Positions 39,349 to 49,540 of a stretch of DNA of 64,000 nt are shown piece by piece (position 1 is the first letter of the stretch; every line of letters begins with the position of its first letter). Below the pieces are notes generated by a model, which saw only the letters and a program-made list of their open reading frames with translations, was not told where the DNA came from and made no database searches. The position numbers and the translations under genes were made by a program. Source of the DNA: Cyanobacteria bacterium auto_48_18 (GTDB lineage: Bacteria; Cyanobacteriota; Vampirovibrionia; Obscuribacterales; Obscuribacteraceae); NCBI GenBank assembly GCA_036170915.1, contig JAVHQC010000029.1:1-64000 (forward strand), written 5' to 3'.

Positions 39349-41184
39349 TTATCGACTTTGAACAGAATAATCCTGGTTCGCACGAGGGAGGTCCATGTTA
39401 GTCAAAGAATCAACAGTGCCGATTTCAGGGACCAGGATAACGTTATCTAAGAAGGGACTACTCTTATTATTGTCAGAGCCTGAGAAACGCCAGTCACAGA
39501 CACTTTCGTTCTCGAAATTGATGTCCACAAATACGTACTTATCCCCGCAGCAACCTCCACAAAGGATCATGTATCTCAGCGATGGTCGAACCGTCTTACT
39601 ATAGGGAGTTCCAGGTCCGAGTAAATCCAACACTTCCGGTCGACTCATCCCAATCAAGTTGTATTCATGAAGAAATCGACTGAACAGATCAAGTGCGTCG
39701 CCATAGTAGCCAGGCAACAACGAGCTCGTCGGCGGCAGCGGTGGAAAGCCGGAACTGCCTTGCAGTTCCTTCCATCTAATACTGTCAAAGTTAAAGGTGC
39801 CTCTCGCATTGCTCATAACAAACCTATCTGGTTCAGTCTGAGCTTCTACAATTCGGGGATATAACTGAGCAGCCAGCGTTGAAGATATAGGCCGATTGAG
39901 TTGGCCATCCCAACCTATCTGGGGATAGGGCCGGAAACTAGAGACTAAACCATTTGATGATATTCCAATGACACTAGGCTCGTCGAAGGCATACTGAGTC
40001 GACAAGATACCTGCCTCTGCTTGCTTACCAATTGAGCATTTGTATTCTGATTTCGGTAAACATCTATAGTACATACGTGTCCGATCTAAATCGTCGAACG
40101 ACATTGTTGACAATTCTTTTCCGGTATTGGAATAAACTGATACCTTCTTATCGCTTAATTTGGATGTGAAGTAACTGCCGTCCGTCTTAGCTAGAACCAG
40201 ACTGAACGCTGGTGGCAAAACCCATTCGAAATCTCGATTTACGACACCTTTGTCCTTTTTCAGCTCGCTCGCCAAATAAAACCCGTTCCATCGGCGCCCA
40301 AGCACAAGGTTACCAGTTGGCACGATTGTCCCTGACTTGTCGATAACGCGCAGGTTTGCGCCAGGATATGATTCTTTGCCGAACTTAGTTATAAGGGCCT
40401 GACCGTCCTGAAAATTACCAGCACCTTGAAATTGAGGTTCTATGGCGACTCGGCCAGATGCGTCCAGATACCCTGCCAGTTTCGGCTCGCCCACACAGGA
40501 AAAGCTGCGAAGTCCATCTGAATATCCGGATGCAATACTGTAGATGCCTTTCTGTGCAATCGGTTTAAGAGAGTGAGATTCTGCTTTAAAGATAAACGCA
40601 CGATCAGTTGGTTTTGTCGGTTCATCAGGGCATTCATTGCTCTGTTTGGCGATGGAACGCGATGGAAAATATCGAACGCGATTTTCAAACACAAGAGAAG
40701 TGCCACCATTTGTAGTGTCTATGGCACCAAATCGAGCCGGCAACACTTCTTTGCCTGCTGAATCGCAAAGACCGAATTTGCCTTGCCTTGAAAAGATAAC
40801 TAATGCCTTGTCCGGTAAAGCTGGAAAGAATGATGTTTTCTCATTTGTCATCCGCGAAGGTCCAAGGGAGTACACACCGATGAACTCGGCTCCAGCTGGA
40901 ACCCGGACTTCGAGCTCTTTCCCATCCCGATTGAAGAGAGAATACTTACAACCAGGAGCCAGTCCTGGAGCCATACTGCGCGTCAGGTACAAACCGTTGC
41001 CGAGAAAATGAACTTCCGAATATTTCGCTGCGAGAATTTCTCGCCCATCCGAATCCATTAACCCGAGCGGTTCCCCACCATGAGCGTAGATTGGCAGAAC
41101 TGACAGTGCGGAAGTGAGAAACTTTAACAGCGGAGAGGCATAGCCCATGACTTGGTTTGCTCGATGTAGTGGTTGTCTGTTCAT
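39349..41184 (-). CDS. Exported WG-repeat (KWG-like) protein, paralog of 37578-39302
   Basis: FGLCDSAGKEVLP and AGYLDASGRVAIEPQF repeats; YNLIGMSRPEVLDLLG. Confidence 0.8.
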   Translation of the reverse strand: MNRQPLHRANQVMGYASPLLKFLTSALSVLPIYAHGGEPLGLMDSDGREILAAKYSEVHFLGNGLYLTRSMAPGLAPGCKYSLFNRDGKELEVRVPAGAEFIGVYSLGPSRMTNEKTSFFPALPDKALVIFSRQGKFGLCDSAGKEVLPARFGAIDTTNGGTSLVFENRVRYFPSRSIAKQSNECPDEPTKPTDRAFIFKAESHSLKPIAQKGIYSIASGYSDGLRSFSCVGEPKLAGYLDASGRVAIEPQFQGAGNFQDGQALITKFGKESYPGANLRVIDKSGTIVPTGNLVLGRRWNGFYLASELKKDKGVVNRDFEWVLPPAFSLVLAKTDGSYFTSKLSDKKVSVYSNTGKELSTMSFDDLDRTRMYYRCLPKSEYKCSIGKQAEAGILSTQYAFDEPSVIGISSNGLVSSFRPYPQIGWDGQLNRPISSTLAAQLYPRIVEAQTEPDRFVMSNARGTFNFDSIRWKELQGSSGFPPLPPTSSLLPGYYGDALDLFSRFLHEYNLIGMSRPEVLDLLGPGTPYSKTVRPSLRYMILCGGCCGDKYVFVDINFENESVCDWRFSGSDNNKSSPFLDNVILVPEIGTVDSLTNMDLPRANQDYSVQSR

Positions 41185-41209
41185 GTACCGGCTGCAATAA
41201 TACTGCTTT

Positions 41210-43939
41210 TCAGCCTGAGCGCATCATCTCTGAATGTTCGCCCACAGCTTTCAGCTCCACCATTTTCTTCAAAGTAGGATACGTATCAAGCTGCGGATCT
41301 TCTTTCATAATAGCAATAGCGGCATGGCGAGCCTCTTCTAAAATCTTGGCGTCTTTGACCAGGTCGGCCAGCACCAGATCTGGTAAGCCGCTTTGACGAT
41401 AACCAAGAAATTCTCCTGGTCCGCGAATCTCCAGATCTTTTTCTGCCACCACAAATCCGTCGTTAGTAATGGTAAGTATTTCGAGCCGCTCTCTTGTTGC
41501 TTGCGATTTCAGTTCTGATACCAGATAACAATAAGATTGATCAGCGCCGCGACCGACGCGACCGCGCAGCTGGTGCAGCTGAGCGAGACCAAAGCGATCA
41601 GCATTTTCAATCACCATGATTGAGGCATTGGGCACATCAACACCCACTTCAATTACAGTTGTAGAAACTAAAATGTGAAACTCACCAGAGCGAAATTTAT
41701 CCATCACTTCGTCTTTTTCTTGCGATTTGAGTTTGCCGTGCATAAGTCCTAAATTCAAATCTTTAAACTCACCGGTACGCAATTTTTCGTATTCGGCAGT
41801 GGCAGCCTTTGCAGACAGAGTCTCAGATTCATCAATCAAAGGAAAAACAATATATGCCTGGCGACCTTTGGCAATTTCTTCGTGTACTGCCTCCCACATT
41901 TTTGCTTTCTGGGCCGGCTTGAGCAAAAACGTCTTAATCGGTTTACGACCTGGCGGCAACTCGTCGATTTCAGAAACGTCCAGATCGCCGTGCATAGTCA
42001 AAGCCAGTGTGCGCGGAATTGGCGTAGCTGTCATTGTCAGCAGCTCGGGGCTTTGACTCTTGGCTTTCAAACGTGCTCTTTGTTTAACACCGAACCTATG
42101 CTGTTCATCAATCACGATTAAACCAAGATTTTTAAATTCCACATCGTCTTCAAGTAGCGCGTGAGTACCAACAGCAATATGCGCCTGACCTGAAAGTATC
42201 TCTTGCCGCACAGCGCGGCGTTCTTTGACGCCATGTTTACCAAGCACAATGGCGCACTTCAAACCAAGCGGGGTGCAAAGCCTCTGAAACTGCCGGTAGT
42301 GCTGCTCGGCTAAAATCTCAGTTGGTGCCATCATGGCGCCCTGAAAACCATTTTCTATTGCCACCATGAGAGCCAGCAGGGCAACAATCGTTTTGCCCGA
42401 GCCGACATCACCCTGCACCAGTCGATGCATCGGTTTATTAGAAGCCAGGTCACGCGAAATTTCACCAAAGATGCGCTCTTGAGCCCCTGTTAATTTAAAA
42501 GGCAACGAGCCGCGTAACTGTTCCACATATCCATCAGCGGAAGGCACATACTTTATTGAAAGAGCATCTTCTTGCAGTTCATACTGATAGCGGCGGTGAG
42601 CCATTTGCAGCTGAATGGCAAAAAGTTCGTCGAAAACCAATCGACGTCTGGCTTCGTCTTTTTTCTCAGGATCTTGAGGAAAGTGAATGTGCTGAAAAGC
42701 TTCGCTCATGCCAATCAAATTATTGGCGGATTTCAACTGGTCAGGCAAAAGATCTTCAATACTTGAGCCATAAGTTGAAATGGCGTTGTGAATGACACTG
42801 CGCAAATGACGCAGAGACAGGCCTTCAGTCAAAGCGTAAACAGGCACCAGGCGACCAGCATGAATGCTTTGCGGCACACCTTCGAATCCGGCTGCTTTGT
42901 CATCTTCTTGATAGACGCTACCTAATTGATCCCCACCAGCCAGGCTGAGAATTTCTACCTCGGCATTCTTAAGTTTAAATTTGTGCGAATAATCATCGAC
43001 TTCTACCACACCAGAAGCCAGCACCTGAGAGCCTTTAGGAAATTGGCCTTTTAATCTCTCCAACAAAAATTTATTGCCTTTACCGCCGACAAATCTAGTC
43101 ACCAGCAAACTTCCGGTGCCGTCAGATATGACCACATTTAAAATCGACATATTGCCGCGCTTGGCCTGATAAGCGCCTACAGAGCGGATTGTGCCAAAAA
43201 TGCTTACCTCTTCGCCTACTTTCAAATCTTTGATGAACTCACGATTTTGAAAATCGAGATGGCGCCGCGGGTAGTGGCGCAGTAATTGGTCGACTGTAGT
43301 GATGCCGAGATTGTTTAAAAGTTGAGCCAGTTTAGGGCCCACGCCTTTGACAAACTGCACTGGTATTTCGGCCAGGGGCTTACCCACATATTTGACGTCA
43401 TTGCTATTAGCTTTTGCCGAAGAAGAAGAAGAAGAAGAAGAAGAACTTGAAGAAGAACTTGATGATGAACTTGCAGAAGATGGTGGGCGTGAAGAAACCG
43501 ATGAAGGATTTTTCTTTGCTGACGGTGCACTATTTTTTACAGCCGCACTCTCCCGCGATTTATATGAACCGGACGGATCTGTGCCTGGCCCACGCGAAAA
43601 GCTCTGGGGCTCGTGCTCTGTTGGTACAGGTTCGGCATTGGGATTTTCTAAGGTGTGCCAGTGTGGCGCCATCAGCTCTTCGGCCCTGCGCACAATGGAA
43701 ATTCGCGTGGCTACATCAACATTGGGATATTGCCTGAATAAAGACCGCACCGTAATCCAGATGGTGTCATAAGGATAGCGGCGCACCAGGCGGTCGGCAG
43801 TGGCACGCATGAATTGTGAAAAGGTGGAACGCTTGCCCTGAAAATCAGAATAATGAGCCTTGCGTTCTACGGCAATGGCTAAACGGAGCCCTTTGAGCTC
43901 AGCTTCTTTCGTGGGTCTGGTTCCGACTATGTTGGCCAT
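41210..43939 (-). CDS. recG: ATP-dependent DNA helicase RecG with an N-terminal extension and a poly-Ser linker
   Basis: VKGVGP, RRRLVFDELF, QGDVGSGKT, MAPTEILAEQH, IDEQHRFGV, MTATPIPRTL, QLRGRVGRG and DLEIRGPGE. Confidence 0.98.
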   Translation of the reverse strand: MANIVGTRPTKEAELKGLRLAIAVERKAHYSDFQGKRSTFSQFMRATADRLVRRYPYDTIWITVRSLFRQYPNVDVATRISIVRRAEELMAPHWHTLENPNAEPVPTEHEPQSFSRGPGTDPSGSYKSRESAAVKNSAPSAKKNPSSVSSRPPSSASSSSSSSSSSSSSSSSSSAKANSNDVKYVGKPLAEIPVQFVKGVGPKLAQLLNNLGITTVDQLLRHYPRRHLDFQNREFIKDLKVGEEVSIFGTIRSVGAYQAKRGNMSILNVVISDGTGSLLVTRFVGGKGNKFLLERLKGQFPKGSQVLASGVVEVDDYSHKFKLKNAEVEILSLAGGDQLGSVYQEDDKAAGFEGVPQSIHAGRLVPVYALTEGLSLRHLRSVIHNAISTYGSSIEDLLPDQLKSANNLIGMSEAFQHIHFPQDPEKKDEARRRLVFDELFAIQLQMAHRRYQYELQEDALSIKYVPSADGYVEQLRGSLPFKLTGAQERIFGEISRDLASNKPMHRLVQGDVGSGKTIVALLALMVAIENGFQGAMMAPTEILAEQHYRQFQRLCTPLGLKCAIVLGKHGVKERRAVRQEILSGQAHIAVGTHALLEDDVEFKNLGLIVIDEQHRFGVKQRARLKAKSQSPELLTMTATPIPRTLALTMHGDLDVSEIDELPPGRKPIKTFLLKPAQKAKMWEAVHEEIAKGRQAYIVFPLIDESETLSAKAATAEYEKLRTGEFKDLNLGLMHGKLKSQEKDEVMDKFRSGEFHILVSTTVIEVGVDVPNASIMVIENADRFGLAQLHQLRGRVGRGADQSYCYLVSELKSQATRERLEILTITNDGFVVAEKDLEIRGPGEFLGYRQSGLPDLVLADLVKDAKILEEARHAAIAIMKEDPQLDTYPTLKKMVELKAVGEHSEMMRSG

Positions 43940-43971
43940 AAAGACTCACGCTTTACGTGCGCACTAAAAGT

Positions 43972-44550
43972 TTATTGCAGGCGATTGAGAATCAATTTAG
44001 ATATGGCTTTAAGAGTAGCAAAAACGCCAAGACCTTCAGAAGCAACCGCTTCGAAACTAGGTACGCCGCGAATATTCATATCTTTTTCAAGACGCTCAAT
44101 AGGCATGGCGTTGGCCAAGTCGCGCTTGTTGTATTGCAAAACCCATGGAATAGAGTCAAGTGTAAGCCCGTACTCAGCCAGGTTTTCCACCATGTTTTGC
44201 AGTGATTCCACATTGTCTTTGGCGCGCATGACATCTGAGTCACCGACAAAAATAATGCCGTCCACGCCGTTCAAAATCAATTTACGGCTGGCGTTGTACT
44301 CAACTTGACCAGGAACCGTATATAGAGAAAAGCGGGTTTTGAAACCTTGCACGCTGCCTAAGTCGAGTGGCAAGAAGTCAAAGAAAAGTGTTCTTTCAGT
44401 TTCGGTGGCGAGACTGATCAATTCGCCTCTGGTAGTTGGGGCCAGTTGGCTGTGGATATACTTCAAGTTCGTTGTCTTGCCACCAAGGCCGGTGCCGTAA
44501 TAAACGATTTTGCAGTTTATCTCTCGAGCCGCGTAGTTTACGAGTGCCAT
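43972..44550 (-). CDS. mglA: MglA family small Ras-like GTPase
   Basis: [53 protein letters not shown] and QYNKRDL, as in Myxococcus MglA. Confidence 0.93.
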   Translation of the reverse strand: MALVNYAAREINCKIVYYGTGLGGKTTNLKYIHSQLAPTTRGELISLATETERTLFFDFLPLDLGSVQGFKTRFSLYTVPGQVEYNASRKLILNGVDGIIFVGDSDVMRAKDNVESLQNMVENLAEYGLTLDSIPWVLQYNKRDLANAMPIERLEKDMNIRGVPSFEAVASEGLGVFATLKAISKLILNRLQ

Positions 44551-45093
44551 TACCTGTTCCCTGCTTCCCCTTGCCGTGATCTTCAATAGAGTCTTTTATA
44601 GAGCTCTTGGCTCTCTCATACCCATCAGTCGCTCGTTTTCAAGCGGCCGGGGCCAACACTGGATTGATACCACGAATTACAAGTCACTAGAATACTAAAT
44701 TAGTGTCTAAAAGTACCCTAAATCAGTCAACTAAACCAATCTTGTAAACCAGCTTCTCTGTAGTACTAACGAAGGTTGATCATCGAAAAAATATTCACCA
44801 GACCAACTTGGCAACCACTGTCAACCGTCTGATAACGCTGCAATACAGCGCTCTCACAGTTAGCCTATCACGATTTTTGGTGCAGGTTGAATACTGCAGG
44901 AATATCTATAACGGAATGTTCCCTTTCATCCTGATCTATTACAAACTTAGCAATTGCCGCTTGAGCATATATATACCGTGGTACAGGTGCTACAATTCGA
45001 CCTTTGCTTGTGTCACTGATTGGGTTTACTGCGCTCCAGCTAGTCAGCGGCGAACCTTTGTATTTGGTGACTGATTTCAACGGGAATATTTTT

Positions 45094-45297
45094 ATGGCTA
45101 AGCGTTGTGATGTTTGCGACAAAGGACCACAGAGCGGTGTTCAATACACCTTCTTGCGTTCGCACTATAACCCGCACGGTAAGAGACGTTGGTTGCCCAA
45201 TCTGCAACCTTTTAAAGCTCTGGTAGGCAAGACCGTTAAGCGCATGAAAGTGTGCACATCTTGCATCAAGGCCGGTAAAGTTAAGCGCGCTGTTTAA
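45094..45297 (+). CDS. rpmB: 50S ribosomal protein L28 (Zn-ribbon form)
   Basis: MAKRCDVC.K...G...SH....KRRWLPNLQ...VCTSCIKAGKV. Confidence 0.93.
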   Translation: MAKRCDVCDKGPQSGVQYTFLRSHYNPHGKRRWLPNLQPFKALVGKTVKRMKVCTSCIKAGKVKRAV

Positions 45298-45356
45298 CTT
45301 CCCGTACTTTTCTATCCAGATATCTCAAGCCTTTTTGCTAGCTTCCATTGAGGGAG

Positions 45357-46232
45357 CTAGCTTTCTTTTGCCAGATCTAGAAGTCCTTCTTTTTCCACCA
45401 GATATAGTTCATTGCAGAACTGGCAGCGCCCTTCCGCTTGCCCGTCTTCTTCAGCCATAGAAATTATTTCGCTGCTGGGCAAGACTTTAAGCGCTTCCAC
45501 GAACCTCTCGCGCGAACATTTGCAGGCGAATGAGAGCGGCTTCACATCGGTCAGGGGAGTAATCTCAAAACCGGCCAGAATGCGCTGCAAAATTTGCTCT
45601 AAGGTCATGCCGCGCTTCATCAAAAATGTAAAAGTGCCAAAAGTGGAGATGTTGTTCTCAATCTGGCAAATAGTTTCTTCCGTATGGTCTGGCAACAATT
45701 GAATTATCAGACCGCCGGCAGCTTCCACACCATTTTTGCTTAAATGAGTGCCAATCACCACCAGCGAACCGGCCTGATCTGAATTAACCAGAAAACGATT
45801 AACGTCTTCGCCCACTTCGCCTGACAAAAGTTCAACTGTTGATGTGTGCGGCTGGCCAAAACCCGGATCGACAGTGACGTGCAGATAGCCCGTAGACCCG
45901 ATTGCCGAACCGACATCGAAATTACCAAGAGAATTCAAAGGCAATTCGACATTGGGATTCTCCACGAATCCGCGCACGGTGCCGCGAGGAGAGGCGTCGA
46001 CCATCACTTTTCCCAGGGGCCCATTGCCTTGAAACTTAAGCGCCACCTGCCCTTCTCTGGCCAAAATTGGTGCCAGCAGCACCCCGGCGGTGAGGGCCCG
46101 GCCGAGCGCCGCAGCGGCGGTGAAAGATAAGCTATGCCTGCGTCTGGCGTCTTCTACCAGATAGGTGGTAGTGGCAATCACGGCACGCAAGGTACCATCG
46201 GAAGATATTGCCTTTAGTACTCCGTCTTCCAT
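45357..46232 (-). CDS. hslO: Hsp33 redox-regulated chaperone
   Basis: AAALGRALT, GNGPLG, SGEVGED, AAGGLIIQLLP and the CxC...CxxC zinc centre (CKCSRER, CQFC). Confidence 0.95.
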   Translation of the reverse strand: MEDGVLKAISSDGTLRAVIATTTYLVEDARRRHSLSFTAAAALGRALTAGVLLAPILAREGQVALKFQGNGPLGKVMVDASPRGTVRGFVENPNVELPLNSLGNFDVGSAIGSTGYLHVTVDPGFGQPHTSTVELLSGEVGEDVNRFLVNSDQAGSLVVIGTHLSKNGVEAAGGLIIQLLPDHTEETICQIENNISTFGTFTFLMKRGMTLEQILQRILAGFEITPLTDVKPLSFACKCSRERFVEALKVLPSSEIISMAEEDGQAEGRCQFCNELYLVEKEGLLDLAKES

Positions 46233-46282
46233 CGTGCTCTCGTAAATACAGTCTAGTTGCCACTATTAGCATATTACAAAAA

Positions 46283-47227
46283 TTAAATGGTTTTGTCACC
46301 AGCGCGGGCGGTAAACACTCTATCAATACCGGCAAGATCTGGCAGCAGTCGCAGGTCTTGCCAGCCGGCTTGCTCAAAAATGTCACTCACGGCTTTGCCC
46401 TGACCCTGGCCAAGCTCCACCAGCAGTGCGGCCTTAGCTGTGGCCGGCAGACTCGGCAAAATTCGCGCAAACTGCCGATAGAAACCGAGCCCGTCCACTC
46501 CCTGCCCCACCAGTGCCAGTGCCGGTTCATGCAACAAGATTTCAGGAGCGAGCTCCCGGGCAAGATCAACAGGTATATAAGGTGGATTGGAGCAAAATAG
46601 ATCAAATTGGAATTGCCCTGTCAGTTTAGGCAGACCGGTCAGATAATCTTCTTCAATTATATTGAGACGATCGTAGACACCGTGGCAGAGTGCATTGATG
46701 CGGCAAAAGTGAGCGGCCTGAGGAGAAATTTCAAAAACGCTGGCGATCATATTAGGACAAAGTTTGAGCAGACTGATGACAATGGCGCCTGAGCCGGCAC
46801 CTACTTCAATCAAATTGCAGCGTTCTTTCAAGCCAGGTGTCTGATTAATTTCAGCCAGTATTGCTTCCACCATAATCTCTGTGTCAGGCCGGGGAATTAG
46901 AACGCCGGGGCCCACGGCAAATTTAAATCCCATAAAGTAAGTTTCGCCCAGGGCATACTGCAACGGTATGCGCGAAAGCCTTTGACTTAAAATCTGAGCG
47001 ATGGCCTCAGACTGCTCAGGCAGCAGATGGGTGTCAGCTTTTAGCAAAAGCTCATGGGCAGCCGATTTAGTCACATGCATCAAAGCGATTTCGGCTTCAC
47101 GACGCGCTTCGTTCTCTTCAATTCCTAGGGCTAGAAGAGCCTTACTAAAATTCCGTCGCGCTTCGCTATAAGTGTCTGGCACATCACCATTGGCACTAAA
47201 GTCTTGATCGGCATTTCGATCTGCCAT
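46283..47227 (-). CDS. prmC: Release factor glutamine methyltransferase
   Basis: PLQY, VLIPRPDTE, EVGAGSG, SNPPYI and DLAGIDR. Immediately downstream of prfA. Confidence 0.95.
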   Translation of the reverse strand: MADRNADQDFSANGDVPDTYSEARRNFSKALLALGIEENEARREAEIALMHVTKSAAHELLLKADTHLLPEQSEAIAQILSQRLSRIPLQYALGETYFMGFKFAVGPGVLIPRPDTEIMVEAILAEINQTPGLKERCNLIEVGAGSGAIVISLLKLCPNMIASVFEISPQAAHFCRINALCHGVYDRLNIIEEDYLTGLPKLTGQFQFDLFCSNPPYIPVDLARELAPEILLHEPALALVGQGVDGLGFYRQFARILPSLPATAKAALLVELGQGQGKAVSDIFEQAGWQDLRLLPDLAGIDRVFTARAGDKTI

Positions 47228-47235
47228 CGCGAGGC

Positions 47236-48327
47236 CTAATTTAGTTCGTCATCGCGCAATTGTTCGCGCATCAACTCTTGCTGATGGGCCAAAATGCTGG
47301 CCTCAATTAACTTGTCGAGATCGCCTTCCAGCACCGGTTGCAGTGAGAAGTTTTGATTTAAACGATGATCGGTAACGCGGTTGTCTTTGAAATTATAAGT
47401 GCGAATTTTCTCGGACCGTTCGCCGGTTCCTACTTGCGATTTGCGCTCATCGTAGATGGCTTTATTTTGCTCTTCCAATTTTATTTTATAGAGCTTGGCA
47501 CGCAAAATTTGTTTGCCACGTTCTTTGTTTTGCAACTGACTGCGCTCTTCTGAACATGCCACAAATATGCCTGAGGGCTTGTGCACAATGCGCACAGCTG
47601 TCTCTACTTTGTTGACGTTCTGGCCGCCGGCACCACCTGATCGCATGGTGGTAATTTCAAGATCGCGCTCATCAAGCTCAAATTCAACTTCTTCTACTTC
47701 TGCCATCACAGCCACGGTGGCTGTAGATGTATGCACGCGGCCCTGAGCCTCAGTGGCAGGCACACGCTGAACGCGGTGCACTCCAGATTCAAATTTAAAT
47801 TTGCTGTAGGCACCATCACCTTTAAATGCAACGATTACTTCTTTGTATCCGCCTAATTCGCCTTCACTGGCACTGGCAATCTCAGGCTTGAAGCCAACTT
47901 TGTCGGCATACTTCAAATACATGCGCAACAAATCGCCGGCAAAAATCGAAGCCTCGTCACCACCAGTACCGGCACGAATTTCCAGCATGATGTTTTTATC
48001 GTCGTTAGGATCTTTAGGCAGCAGCAAAAATTTGAGTTCTTCGGTGAGCTCTAGATGCCTGGCTTTAAGCGCTTCTACTTCAGCTTCCACCATTTCGCGC
48101 ATATCTTTTTCAGATTCATTGCGCAAAATTTCTTGAGCTTCATTTATCTCTTGCTCAGTGTTTTGCCACTGATGAAAAACATCAACGGTACCTTGCAGCT
48201 GGTGCCGCAATTTGGCTAGACGCTGATAATTTTCCTGATCGCTGACAATATCAGGATCAGACAGCTTCGATTCCAGCTCCTTGAAGGTGAACTCAATCTC
48301 TTTGAGTTTTTCGACGAAATGCTCCAT
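47236..48327 (-). CDS. prfA: Peptide chain release factor 1
   Basis: [23 protein letters not shown] (PxT), GAGGQNVNK and SEKIRTYNF. Confidence 0.98.
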   Translation of the reverse strand: MEHFVEKLKEIEFTFKELESKLSDPDIVSDQENYQRLAKLRHQLQGTVDVFHQWQNTEQEINEAQEILRNESEKDMREMVEAEVEALKARHLELTEELKFLLLPKDPNDDKNIMLEIRAGTGGDEASIFAGDLLRMYLKYADKVGFKPEIASASEGELGGYKEVIVAFKGDGAYSKFKFESGVHRVQRVPATEAQGRVHTSTATVAVMAEVEEVEFELDERDLEITTMRSGGAGGQNVNKVETAVRIVHKPSGIFVACSEERSQLQNKERGKQILRAKLYKIKLEEQNKAIYDERKSQVGTGERSEKIRTYNFKDNRVTDHRLNQNFSLQPVLEGDLDKLIEASILAHQQELMREQLRDDELN

Positions 48328-48392
48328 AGCAACACACCTTGAGCGTGGGACCTGAATGAGAAAGTCTCATTTTTACAGCTGATTTTTAAAAT

Positions 48393-48479
48393 CGGAGAGG
48401 GAGGGATTCGAACCCTCGCTGCGTTTTAGCGCAGACAGTCTTTCCAGGACTGCACAATCGACCACTCTGACACCTCTCC
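48393..48479 (-). tRNA. tRNA-Ser, anticodon GGA
   Basis: Reverse complement GGAGAGG TGTCAGAGTGGTCGATTGTG CAGTC CTGGAAA GACTG, long variable arm, GAGGGTTCGAATCCCTC CCTCTCC G. TATAAT on the minus strand at 48494-48499. Confidence 0.95.
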
Positions 48480-48576
48480 AAATGGCCGTGGAAATTATAA
48501 TACGGCCGGGTTTCCATGACCCGACTTCCAGGCGCATTTGTGCCTATCTCTAAGAACTCTTAACTAATCAAGGCTT

Positions 48577-49440
48577 TTAAGCGTGTGAAAAACTCTTCAG
48601 GCGCTTCGCGCCGCCTTTGATGAGCGGCAAGAAATCTTCGGCTTTCAAGCTGGCACCGCCAACTAAAGCGCCATCAATGTGCTCTTGCTGCATTTGCTCG
48701 TCTATTGTAGAAGCCTTAACCGAGCCACCATAAAGAATAGAGACACTGCCAGCGATATTGCTGCCGCTATAGAGCTCTTCGATTATGCCGCGAATCAGCC
48801 CACAGACTCGGTTTGCTTCAGGAGACTCACAATTTTTACCTGTACCGATGGCCCAGACCGGCTCATAAGCAATCACAACTTTGGCGCCGCCTGCTTGTGC
48901 AATTTGCTCAGCGGTTATTCCGGCCAGGCCGGCCACAACTTGCTGGCGGACAACATCGTCTGTCTGTCCGCTCTCTCTCTGCTCAAGCAACTCGCCCACA
49001 CACATCACTGGCACAAGACCATGAGCTAGAGCGGCTTTTACTTTCAGATTAACAGACTCGTTGGTTTCGCCGAAAAACTGACGACGCTCAGAGTGGCCAA
49101 TCAACACATATTGCACATGCATAGCGGTCAGCATAGGTGGCGCAATTTCGCCTGTGAACGCGCCGCTATCGCGGTAGTCCATGTTTTGCGCGCCGACTTT
49201 GCAAGGCGATCCTTTAACTTGGTTTAACACCTCAGCAAGGCAAACGAAAGTCGGGCAAAGCACTATTTCAGGAAGAGCTTCGCCCTTAGGTTCTGCGGCT
49301 AACCCCTCGACAATTGACCTTGCCAGTGCGCCTGCTTCGGAGACCGTTTTGTTCATCTTCCAATTGCCGGCAATAATTGTTTTGCGCTTGGCGTCGCTTG
49401 TTTGATCGTTACCCACGTGCTTTTCTCCCTCGACGCCCAA
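48577..49440 (-). CDS. tpiA: Triosephosphate isomerase (start uncertain)
   Basis: IAGNWKMN, GAFTGE, GHSERR, AYEPVWAIGTG, LYGGSV and DGALVGGASL. Confidence 0.98.
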   Translation of the reverse strand: MGVEGEKHVGNDQTSDAKRKTIIAGNWKMNKTVSEAGALARSIVEGLAAEPKGEALPEIVLCPTFVCLAEVLNQVKGSPCKVGAQNMDYRDSGAFTGEIAPPMLTAMHVQYVLIGHSERRQFFGETNESVNLKVKAALAHGLVPVMCVGELLEQRESGQTDDVVRQQVVAGLAGITAEQIAQAGGAKVVIAYEPVWAIGTGKNCESPEANRVCGLIRGIIEELYSGSNIAGSVSILYGGSVKASTIDEQMQQEHIDGALVGGASLKAEDFLPLIKGGAKRLKSFSHA

Positions 49441-49540
49441 TGCAGTGATTGAATTGGTTCATTAGAAACTGATGATTCATTCTACAACTCAATCAACTAG
49501 AATCAGTTATTAGTCTAGACATACAAATTAAAGGCGCAAA

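Noticed and set aside
43347..43772. Poly-Glu and poly-Lys plus-strand ORFs
   Set aside because: Antisense shadows of the recG poly-Ser microsatellite.
44808..45122. ORFs upstream of mglA/rpmB as mglB or small genes
   Set aside because: No roadblock-domain features or RBS; they overlap the likely rpmB promoter (TGCTACAAT at 44988-44996).
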